Source: Octopus sinensis (taxonomy: Eukaryota). Taken from it: DNA of 64,000 bases. The notes beneath the pieces were generated by a model, which had not been told where the DNA came from, ran no database searches, and saw only the letters and a list, made by a program, of their open reading frames with translations. A program made the position numbers and the translations under genes. Shown piece after piece: positions 36,539 through 47,900 of the stretch; position 1 is the first letter of the stretch; each line of letters begins with the position of its first letter. The stretch spans positions 28,334,001 to 28,398,000 of the forward strand of contig NC_043016.1 of NCBI RefSeq assembly GCF_006345805.1, written 5' to 3'.

Positions 36539-36932
36539 ATAATAAAGTTTCGTGAATTCCATTATCTTTCTTTCATATTTTTATACATGTATGTATTATG
36601 TATATATATGCTTGTATGTATATATGTATATATATGTGTGTGTGTGTGTGTATATATATATACTAACCGAGATACCCAGCGCTGCTCGGAACTAAAATGG
36701 CATGGTTTTTCATTGTTTTACTTAATTCTGTCATATGACTGTGGCCATGCTAGAGCACCACCTTTAGCTGATGAGATTGACAACAGGATTTATTCTTTGT
36801 AAGCATAGTACTTATTTTATCGGTGTGTTTTTCAAAAGGCTAAGTTATGGGGGCGTAAACACGGCAACATCAGTAGTCAAGTGATGGTGGGGGTACAAAC
36901 ACACACGCACACACATGTACATGTGTGTATAT

Positions 36933-36966
<34 letters not shown>

Positions 36967-37254
36967 GGTTATGAGAGGTAATGGTATCAAGAAGACCCAA
37001 AGGTGTCAGGTAATGCTGATTAAGTGCTATGGACAGACTATAGTTAAACTCCAGGTTTGGTGATTATGTGAATGAGGAGTCCAATGCAGGTCATATATCA
37101 GCATGCGTATATATAAAAAATTAATAGAATGAGATAAAAATCCAAGGCTGTAAAGATTTCAGAACATTTATTTCCAGAATATTTTATATATCCCTTCATC
37201 GGAGATGGTGTGTGTGTATATATATATATATATATAATATAATGAAATTATTGT

Positions 37255-37475
37255 ATACAGTGCTCAGGTGCACCACAACTTGTCAGAAAGTGCATATAAA
37301 GTACATGCAGTAATGTAGAAATGTCTGGAAAGTGAACATGCTTGTGTGTGTATGGAGGGGAGAAAATCAAGTGTAGTGTTGGCGAATCTCAGGAAGCATG
37401 GAAGTTTTGAAGGATGCAGTGCTCCGACAACTAACAACCGATGCCGGCAGTTTGTTCCACGCTTCAGCAACTCTC
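37255..37475 (-). mobile_element. CR1/L2-like LINE 3' fragment
   Basis: Minus: RVAEAWNKLPASVVSCRSTASFKTSMLPEIRQHYT*. Confidence 0.7.
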
Positions 37476-37671
37476 ATATAAATAAAAATTTGGAGAAGAG
37501 AAATAGAGAAATAACGCGTGCGTTCGGTCATATAGTAATATAATAAATAAATTATAATAAACTATTTATCATATTACTATATATATATATATATACATAT
37601 ATAAAAAGAATTAACAGAATGAGATAAAAATCCAGGGCTGTGAAAGATTTCAGAACATTTATAAAGAGAAT

Positions 37672-37721
37672 GTCTTACAACTGTTTCCAGGATATTTTAC
37701 ATATATCCCTTCATCGGAGAC
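37672..37721 (-). ncRNA. Minimal type I hammerhead-like motif (left arm)
   Basis: Minus: GTCT-CCGATGA-AGGGATA..TATCCTG-GAAA-CAGTT-GTA-AGAC. Confidence 0.6.
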
Positions 37722-38185
37722 GGTGTGAGAAGATGGTTAAGCAATAGTTATTCTAGAGAAGAATGAAATAGAGATTGAAGTGGTGGAATGAAAACAGACG
37801 TGAGATATGCAGGGATATTGTATCTGCAGTTCTATTATTTAAGCAGAATGGTATACGTATAAGTTTCCTGTACCTTGTAAATTCCAATAGTATTTAAATT
37901 GGTCATTGCAAGCATAGAGTTACTAAATGGTGTTATTGAATTGAGGGTATTTTTTGAATATCCTCAATTCAATAACACCATTAGTAACTCTATGCTTGCA
38001 ATGACCATTTTAAATACTATTGGAATTTACAAGGTACAGGAAACTTATACGTATACCATTCTGCTTAAATAATAGAACTGCAGATACAATATCCCTGCAT
38101 ATCTCACGTCTGTTTTCATTCCACCACTTCAATCTCTATTTCATTCTTCTCTAGAATAACTATTGCTTATCCATTTTCTCAGACT

Positions 38186-38233
38186 GTCTTCGATGAAGAG
38201 ATATATAAAATATCACGGAAACAGTTGTAAGAC
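38186..38233 (+). ncRNA. Minimal type I hammerhead-like motif (right arm, more degenerate)
   Basis: GTCT-TCGATGA-AGAGATA..TATCACG-GAAA-CAGTT-GTA-AGAC. Confidence 0.5.
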
Positions 38234-38296
38234 CACTTTATAAATGTTCTGAAATCTTTCACAGCCCTGGATTTTTATTTCATTCTGTTAATTTTC

Positions 38297-38300
<4 letters not shown>

Positions 38301-38338
<38 letters not shown>

Positions 38339-38416
38339 TATGTATACACACGCATATATATTATATATATATATATTATATATATATATATACATATATA
38401 TGTGTATATACATATA

Positions 38417-38454
<38 letters not shown>

Positions 38455-38673
38455 TATGTGTATATACATATATATGTATATACATATATATATATATATA
38501 TACGTATATATACTCATATATATACGTATATATATACATATATGCATATATAGATATATACATATATATATATACATAGATATAAATGCATATATAGATA
38601 TATGCATATATATATAAATGCATATATATATAAATGCATATATATATATATTATATACATATATATAAATACA

Positions 38674-38706
<33 letters not shown>

Positions 38707-38861
38707 CATATATATAAATACATGTATATATATATATATATACATACATATATATAAATACATGTATATATATATATATATATATATTGTTATCAAAAAA
38801 AAGCATTCTGTTGAACTACAGTATATATATATATAAATACATATATACTTACATATATATA

Positions 38862-38902
<41 letters not shown>

Positions 38903-39065
38903 ACATACATATATATATACATGCATATATATACTACATATATACACGCATATATACATACATATATATATGTATGCATATATATATACATATATGGATG
39001 CATACATATATATATATATATATACTATATCATGCATATATATATATATATACTTATATGTATGC

Positions 39066-39098
<33 letters not shown>

Positions 39099-39185
39099 TA
39101 CATATATATATATATACCTAGGTATATATATGTATATATCATGATGATGATGATATATACATATATATACCTACATATACATATA
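38301..39185. repeat. Long (TA)/(CA)-based microsatellite arrays
   Basis: Directly visible; short interruption at ~38790-38820. Confidence 0.95.
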
Positions 39186-39409
39186 AATCCTTTAAAATGT
39201 TTCAGCCCGAAAGCTTTGGCCATACTGGGACACCAATAATGACTGTGCTACACTAGTATGTGAAACCACCTCTGATACGTGGCACTTGGTCAACAAGAGA
39301 GTTCGCGTCGCTGCTCGCATCCGTGCTTCCTGCCGAGATGTAGGTTCATCTGGAACCTCTGAGAAGAAGAGATCGAGTTTGGTTCACTGACAAAATTCCA
39401 AGCTGCATC

Positions 39410-40248
39410 ATATTGTTTGATTTTTTCTTTGAGTTTAATGTAAGTTCTTAAGAGAGTTCAAGCCAGTTGCTAATAAAGCAACATAACCTTTTGACTTATG
39501 AGTTCCTGGTGTTTTTAAACATATGGTTGAGTTGGCGTATTAATTAAACTATCGATGCATGCAGCCAAGTATGTGCATCTTTTCACATAAGAATCTCAGA
39601 TGGAGAATTTCTGGACTGTCTTACAAGTCTTCATTGTACTAGTAATAGATTGGATTTGGAGAATCTGTGTCAGTTTCATTTGCTCTTTTTCCATGAAACT
39701 AAGAATTTCTAGGTTTTTGTGCAAATTTGTTGGTACATAACATAATGCACCTACAATGGTAGGTACAAATGAGAATGGTCAGCATACATGAGCTGTAAAC
39801 TCTGCATTAATTCACCACAAATGTCCTCTTTTTTCCTGGACTTTCGATTGTACATTCACATCCACTGGGCAGCTATCCTCTTCAACAGTGTATGGCATTT
39901 GTTCCTTGACCCACAGAACAATTTCAGGTTTATCATGTTTGCACCAAATTTACCAATTCTTATTAAGGTGTTTCACTGGTATTCCTTCTTTTTAAAGGTG
40001 TGAAAAACCAGTTGGTTCTGACATGCCTTTGATCAATATAGTCTTTGCAATTATATCATGCCCCAGAGGCAGGTATATTCTTGTAGACATTTTGGGGCAG
40101 CTGCTGATGATGTAATACTTTCCACACTGGTATAGCAGTGCTGACATTTTTGTATCACAACATGGAGGTTTCATGGCATCTTTATCTCTCTTGTTTATCA
40201 GGTATTTAGTATCTATTGCTTGTTCCTGGATAGCAAAAGCATATCCTT
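39410..40248 (-). mobile_element. R4/Dong-like (RLE) non-LTR retrotransposon remnant, continued at 43074-43135
   Basis: EGYAFAIQEQAIDTKY..(degenerate CCHC)..IISSCPKMSTRIYLPLGHD, then KHDKPEIVLW..EDSCPVDVNV (PD-(D/E)xK-like) and KLTQILQIQSITSTMKTCKTVQKFSI*. Confidence 0.7.
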
Positions 40249-43073
40249 CAGGGTTGTCCATTTAGCATATTTTATGCTAGATCTAGCATTTTTTTTTCAG
40301 CATTTAACAGAAAATTTTTGAATCTAGCATTTAGCTGGGAAAATAGCAGGTTTATAATTTTGCTTAGCATTTTTTAAACGTTTTTCTCTGATCATGACAT
40401 TTCCACAATAGTTAACCTTTCTCTTCTTTTTCCTCCTTTTCTACTTTTGTTAAAGTATCTTACAACCAAAGTTTAGTATTTGTTGTCGAATTTTTCTTTC
40501 ACTTTTGTGAAACTTCGAATGAAAGTTTATCAAGTTATGAACTTTTCCACCCACCCCCGCCCTGCTTGAATATAGAGTGGTGCTGGTGGGTGAGGGGGGA
40601 GAGGTAACTCATGTCAGCACTTGAACTCAATGCACAATAATATATTGCAAAAAATGAAAGCTTCAAAATTCGTCCTAACAATGCCATTATTCTGTAGTGA
40701 TGAGTTGCCTGTGTTTTTTCATGCTTGTTTTATATTTCTACTTACTTTTTTTTTTCAAGTATTGTAGTTATATTTGTGGTTTTACAAGTAGATATTAAAT
40801 GTAAGATTGGAAGCTAAATATGATGTTCCCGGGTTTATATCAGAACACAGTTTTACGATTTCTGCAGATTTTACTTTTCCATTTATAAGTTGACCACTCT
40901 GCATCCTGAATCAGTATTCTTCACCTCAAGAATTTGTAAGCAGCAAACATAAGAATTGTTAGTGGCAAACTTGTAAGTTGTGTTTTCAATTTTATATTCT
41001 TATTTGTCAATCAATTTATTTTCTTGCTTCCCACTACATTATAATGAGCAAAGAAAAAACAAAATTGTACCAGCAAAAATTCCAAAAGGAATGGCTTAAG
41101 GTGCCAGCGTTACTAAGTGGTTGTGTGAAGTACCTAGTGACCAATCTGAAGCACATTGCAGATATTGTAGATGTAATATGTTGGCAAAATATTCTCTTTT
41201 AGTAAGCCACTGTTAAGCAAAGAAACATAAGGCATCAACTCTACAGCAAATGATTCCTCTTACCAATTTTATGAAAACCAAAAATGATAAGACATCTATG
41301 CTTGAAGCAAATTTAGTAATGTTTATTTGTTGCCATTCATCATTTAATAGCTGTGATTACTTAATAGAGTTATGTAAGAATTATATGTCTGATAGTGATA
41401 TTATGTCCAAAGTGAAGTTGCATCGTACAAAATGTGCAAATATTGTGAGAAATGTTGTAGCCCCATATTTTGAAGGAGATTTGATTTCTGATATAGGAGA
41501 GAGAAAATTTAGCCTGTTATTAGATGAATCCAATGATATATGGATAAACAAGTTGTTAGGAATTGTTATCATATATTACAGTGACACTCACAAAAAAGTG
41601 GTACATACATATCTCAGTATGGTATCTTTAGAAACATGTGAAGCAGATGGCATTGTAGATGCCTTAAAAATTGAATTAGTGAAAAAGAAATTAGATATAA
41701 AAAATTTACTGGCTACAGGAACCAACAATGCTAGAATAATGATAGGAGTCAACAATGGTATGTATGTCATTCTTAACAGTTGACAATATCCGAAACCAAA
41801 ATGGTTCTCTCATTCTTCAACAAAACAAAGTGTCTACAAACTTTACTTTGCTATAAATGATAAAGAGCCTTTGAAGATTGTGAATTCTTGTACAACTAGG
41901 TGGCTGTCAATAGAACCAGCTGTAAATAGAATTTTAAGCCAATGGTTTGAATTGCAAACTCACTTCCAAACTATAATTACAAAAGAAAAATGCTTTACAG
42001 CACAAACATTACATGAAATGTTTTGTAATTCTAGGAATGAACTTTATCTTTTATTTTCACATCCAATTTTAAAACATGTTCAGGAAGTGAATAAACTGTT
42101 TGAATCAAATACTGTCAACAAAACAAAATTACTTGAATATCTTTCAAATTTGATCAAATCTGTTTCTAATATGATAGTGTTGCCAACAAGTAGAATTGAT
42201 CCTCTGGATCCTGATGCTTCTATTGAAACATTTTTGGATCCTAAACCAAATTTAGGCTACAGGTTTGAGAGAAAAATAGCAGAAATGATTATCAAGACGA
42301 TTGTAACAGCCACCAAAGAACGCAACAATTTTTACTCTGCCTTTATAAAGAACTCAAACACCATTTACCAGAAAATATTAAGATACTGAGGAATATCAAA
42401 TGTTTTTCAGTAGAGAATATTTTGCAGCATTTCAAAGAGCCATATTTTACCTGTCTAAGAAGCAAAGCATTTAAATGAACTAAAAATGACTTCGATTGAA
42501 ATTCAGTTTAATAGCATTCATTTAGTTAAATGGACAAATATGTCTAATACTGAGGCATTCTGGCTGGAAGTCTTGGAATATAAAGATGCTACTGGAGGAA
42601 ATCCTTTTAGAGATGTTGCAAATTTTGCCATTAATCTATTGACTTTGACAAACTCAAATGCAGAAGTTGAACGGCTGTTCAGTAGTATGGGTGCAATCAA
42701 ATCAAAATTGAAAAACAAAATACATCTTTCTATGCTTAGATCAATACTGTCTATAAAATATAGCCTGAAAAGATGTGGCAAATATTGCAAAAACTTCGAT
42801 ATTCCAAAACACATAATTAACAAGATTGGGACCTTGAATGTATACAGAAGTCAAAACCTAGACACTGCAGCTGAAAGTGATCAAATCAGTGACATTCAAG
42901 AAATTATTTCTCAATGCTGAATATAATTAAAGAAAGTAAATAAAAATTAAGCTTTTTGATATAATTAATCTTTAGCATTTTTTTTTTTTTTCTTATTTAG
43001 CATCTTTAGCATTTTTTGGTATTTTTTCTACTGAAATTTAGCATGAAATTGTGATTTTAAGTTGGCAACACTA
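40249..43073 (+). mobile_element. hAT DNA transposon, 2.8 kb, with disrupted transposase
   Basis: Imperfect TIRs CAGGGTTGTCCATTT / TAGTGTTGCCAACTT (rc); 8-bp TSD ATATCCTT/ATGTCCTT; many subterminal TAGCA(T) motifs; BED finger (HCRYC..H), FSLLLDES, TRWLS and dimerisation motif SNAEVERLFS across ORFs 41250-41783, 41871-42389 and 42486-42920. Confidence 0.92.
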
Positions 43074-43185
43074 ATGTCCTTCTAGGTGGAATGCAATATA
43101 TCTATCGAAGATCCAGGAGAGGCTACTCTTCCTGCCAATGCTATTGTTGCCATACAATGGGATTAAACCCAGAACCATGTGGTGG

Positions 43186-43285
43186 NNNNNNNNNNNNNNN
43201 NNNNNNNNNNNNNNNNNNNNNNNNNNNNNNNNNNNNNNNNNNNNNNNNNNNNNNNNNNNNNNNNNNNNNNNNNNNNNNNNNNNNN
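43186..43285. other. Assembly gap (100 N)
   Basis: Run of N. Confidence 1.
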
Positions 43286-43406
43286 AAATGAATGATGATG
43301 ATGTGATGATGATATAATATATTTATTATATATATATTATGTATTTGGTAAAAACATAAGATAACAAAAGAAAGAAAGAGACCTCATATTATGTAAATAG
43401 AGGAAA

Positions 43407-43795
43407 TCTTTATATATAAAAGTGAGGTTGTGTGTCTGTCTCCTACGATTTAGATTCCTAACTAACTCCCACATTTTGCGGTGCAGTTTTAAAAACCAAA
43501 ACCGGTATCTTATAGTTGTGATTCATATCGACCGTCTGGGTATTAGCGCGCGTCTACAATGAGTCCTACGATTTAAAAAAATTTACCATCAATTTTTTTC
43601 CATTTTTAATCCATTTTTGACATATAAGGGAAGTAACTCTCTAAAATTTGTTATTAAATCTCAGAACGTAAAAGCTACAGTACACCCCTCCCCCTTTGTG
43701 GTTAGCCTATTGATATGGCTATTATACTTTCATCTCTAAAATGCTTATATAATTATTTCCCTACAAACCCGAGCAACGCCGGGCGATACTGCTAT
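43407..43795 (+). mobile_element. Non-autonomous Helitron-like element
   Basis: 5' A|TCTTTATATATAAAAG; 3' GC hairpin cccgagcaacgccggg (43768-43783) followed by ..gcta(t), a degenerate CTAG end. Confidence 0.6.
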
Positions 43796-44245
43796 ATTAT
43801 ATAAAAGTAGTTTTAGAGATAGAACCACTTTATATATATACGAATTAAACATTGAGAGACATTCATTTCAGTACATCTAATTTGAATGTTTTTTTCCTGT
43901 ATACTTGGAAGTAATATTCCCTAATAACTATAATAATAATAATAATAATAATATATATACTTACACACACATACACATAGCTATAACATCATAAGAATTT
44001 TTATAAAATTTGAGAGAATGTGAAATAACTTGTTTTTTGAAATGGTAAAGCTCAAAGCAGATCAATGAGAGAGAAACATTGTGAGAAGGTGATAGAATGG
44101 CGAGTATGGGAGAACCAGAATAATAAGAGTGAGTGGATGGTGGAGTAGGGAGCATTAGAAGTAATATATAAGTGTAAGAATGATTAATATTCTGGGTCCA
44201 GATACTTCAGAGAAAGAGAGAACAATACATTTGTAGAGTAACAAT

Positions 44246-44251
44246 TTTATT
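44246..44251 (-). promoter_or_regulatory. Candidate PRDX5-like polyadenylation signal
   Basis: TTTATT on plus (AATAAA on minus) about 550 nt past the stop. Confidence 0.25.
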
Positions 44252-44799
44252 GCAGGGAATTGAACATTCCAATACCCATAATATACAATATACACAGAAA
44301 TTTGTGTGCGTATATACATATACACACACACATATGCACAAACACACAGTTACAAATTATCTCTCTCTCTCACACGCACACTAATATCATAATTAGTCAC
44401 TGCAAACATTATTTACTCCTGCCCTTCTGTAAGCGCCATGTATACTGCTGAAATTGTCTTTCCATTCAGAAAATAACTCACTGTATAAATGTTCAGTCCA
44501 GCAAAGGTGGCACTAGAAATCTGGTTTTATCTGGAAACATCCACAAGAGAAGAAATTTCATGAAACCTTCATCCATAGTAGAATAAGATGTTTTCACACA
44601 AGTCTCTCTTGAGAAACCATTTGTAAATAGTTTAATATTTAATAATTAGTGTTGTTGTTGTTTGGTTTAGTGGGGTTTGTGTTTTGTATACCTGAGATTC
44701 AAAGCATTCACTTTTAGTGAAGCAGTTTTCAGGAGATGCTGAGGTTGCCATATTTTGACAATGATGGAATATGATTCAATGAATAATGAGGTTGGAACT

Positions 44800-44908
44800 T
44801 CAATGAGGAGATTTCATATTCTTTATACAAAGTAAACATGCTAATCCAGTGTGATCTGGTTCTAAATTGATACTTTGTACAATGCTGTTTTCTAAGACAA
44901 TGGAATAA
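44800..44908 (-). CDS. PRDX5: PRDX5-like last exon (YSIVLE...[20 protein letters not shown])
   Basis: ttccag|T TAT...TGA; 109 nt. Confidence 0.92.
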
Positions 44909-47900
44909 CTGGAAAAGAAAATGAGAAAAGAGAAATCATAAATCGATTATTATGTATACACACACACACAACAGCAACAGCAACAACAACAACTACTACA
45001 TACATACAATATTTTAAACAGAGCTAGAATAGAGTGAAGAAAATTCAAGGAGCTTTTATCTCTGTTAGCAACCGAAGGTTTCACGAAGATTGTAATCATG
45101 CAATTCTACATGGTAGTGAGATGTAGGGCTTGAATGCAGAGCACATGTGGAGCCTAGAGAAGAATGAGGCTAGTATACTCTACTGGATGTGCAATGTGAG
45201 TGTGCATGTGCAACAAAGTGTGTTGATAGAAAAGTTAGGCATAAGAAGAATGAATTGAAGAAGACTGCACTGGGTTGGTCATGTTCTGCAGATGGATGTA
45301 GACAGCTCCATAAAGAAGTGCCAATCACTCAAAGTGGATGGAACTCGTGGAAGAGGGAGACCCAGGAAGACATGGGACAAAGCACTGAAGGATAACCTCA
45401 GGACACTGAGGAGTTGACATGGACCGAAATACCTAGCGCCTTGCTCTACTCAAGAAGACCCATCTTCCACTGCAGAATTGTTAATGCTTCCCCACCCCTA
45501 CTGAAGTAGACTGACCAGTAACATCCCCGTGTTGGTGTCATGTAAAAAGCTTCCATGCGGGCACTTCTGCTCATGCAACATAAAAAGCACCCAACATATT
45601 CTGTGAAGTGGTTGCCATTAGGAAGGGCATTCAGCCATAGAAATCAAGCAAAATCTGGTGCACCTCTCCACCTTGCTAGTTCTGGTTAAACTGTCCAACC
45701 CATGCAAGCATGGAAAACAGATGTTAAATGATAATGATGATGTATTTTAAATAGGGTAACATTTTAAAACTTATTTCACTGCATGAAGTCCTTTAGAAAA
45801 TTAGGTGTCATAGATCATACTAGGTCATATTAATCATCTTCTGACTCTGAAATGAAAGTGATTCCAGAACCAATTCCAGAGAAGATATTTGAGCATAAAA
45901 AATACTGGCAGTTTTGTCAGCGTGAGCAATGGCCTTATAAAGAAATAATGAACTGACACAGTCAGATGGGTCAGTCTGCGAAGGTACACCTTTTTGTTGC
46001 AGTACCATAGAGATGACAAAATACGTTGTCATCATGGGACATATCGATGGCGAGATGGGTTTGGTGTTGATGTAGTCAATAACAAGTGGATTCCAGGACA
46101 GTCATTTTTCTGAATGGCATGGTATTTTTTTTTTTTACATCGTGTCACATAGTGAGGTAGTACCTTGATGACATTTTTGGGTGGCTGCCTAATCACGTGT
46201 GATATCTTCCATAGAAATATGATATAAACTACAATATTGGTTGTATCTTGGAACTCTGAGGGCTTCATTGTCTCTTTTGCTGATTAGATATTAAGTAGCA
46301 ATCTCCTATCCTTGTAATGCGAATGCATAGCTTTCAAAGTGTGATGTGATGTAGCAGTTATGAACTCAAGAGAGTCTTCAATAGGGAGGAGTTACCTGAG
46401 GACTCTGCCTCCATGATCCTCCCAGGAATAGGTGGAGAAGATGGTTGGGGGATATGTGTGTGTGTTTGTGTGTACCCATGTCTAGACATCATACGATGTT
46501 GTAAATGGCTATCATCATCATACAAACAAGATTGTTTCCAGTGTTTCACAAAAATATGTCTAACTATAGAAAATATCTTGCTTGGAAACAGGTGAGGGTT
46601 GACAAATGAAAGAGCATTGGTAGTAGCAACTGACCATTGTTGTCACCATTAACAACAATCTCAAATATATATATATATATATGAAAATAAGACAAACCGT
46701 TTTGATCTGATATTGCCAAGTAATTTTGTACAATCTAATTCCATTCCCAGAGCTTTTGTAAAATCACCTTTTGGATCTGCAAGCATTTTAATCTGAAAGT
46801 AGAGAAAATCTTTGAGTAATCACCACATCAATATACTACATACAATAACCACACTCACACACATATTCACATTAACAGAAGAATAAAACAGTCATTTATT
46901 CTTGTGGTAGATTCCAAAACTTTTAACAATAATTGAAAAAAAAAAGGAGTTTTATTAATGGAATATTGTTTTTTTTTTAATGTATATACAGGTGCTTATA
47001 TTTAGATGAAGAGAGAATGGTATGTTGTGATATTTGTATCTTTCACAAGGTATTATTAGCATAAATTAAGTAACCTATATAGCAGATATTTAAACAGGAC
47101 AAATTTAGCTATTTCTCTGTAGATTGAAAAAAATGACAAACAGCCATAATCGATTTTTGAATGTTATTAGATTCTCCTCAGAGGGGTCTCTATCAATTTG
47201 ACCAATCCCAGAAAAGCAAGCAGCCAATCGGTTTATACACTCAACAAATACAGTAGCTACAGAAAACTGGTGCTAGTAATTTGCATATGGTGTTTAACAC
47301 TTTATTTAAATTCAGGCACTCGTCATTGGGAATGAGGATCAAAACCTATCACAGAGATGACTAAGATGCAGCATAATTCTACATTTTTGCAGTTTGTGAT
47401 TCATCATTATCATCATCATCATTTAACGTCCGCTGTCCATGCTAGCATGGGTTGGATGATTTGATTGAGTACTGGTGAACAAGATGGCTGCATCAGGCTC
47501 CAATCTGATCTGGCAGAGTTTCTACAGCTGGATGCCCTTCCTAATGCCAACCACTCTGAGAGTGTCGTGGGTGCTTTTATATGCCACTGGCACCAGGGCT
47601 AGTCTGGCAGTACTGGCAACGGCCATGCTCAAATGGTGCTTTTTATGTACCACCTGCACAGGAGTCAGTCCAGCAGCACTGGCAATGACCTCGCTTGAAT
47701 GTTTTGTTCACGTGCCAGCGACATAAGTGGCAGTAAGACGACGCTGATACCAATCACACTCAAATGGTGCTTTTTACGTGCCACCAATATATATAGAATA
47801 TTGGTTTCAGATTTTGGCACAAGGCCAGTAGTTTTAGGGGAGGGGCCAAATCGATGAAAGGAAAAGTCAACCTTGGTGAAATTTGAATTCAGAATGTAGA

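Larger units (their letters stand above)
37600..38303. repeat. ~700-bp palindrome (arms 37600-37951 and 37957-38303, 5-nt spacer) of Penelope-like ends
   Basis: Arms are reverse complements, nearly identical in the inner ~210 bp; flanked by (TA)n; partial third copy at ~37120-37210. Confidence 0.93.

Noticed and set aside
44776-44802. Stop-codon read-through or selenocysteine at the PRDX5-like TGA
   Set aside because: Context TGA-A is not a read-through motif, the extension is only 7 aa with no PTS1, and no SECIS was seen
45840-46450. Short ORFs in a PRDX5-like intron
   Set aside because: No recognisable homology, stops in all frames; probably decayed TE
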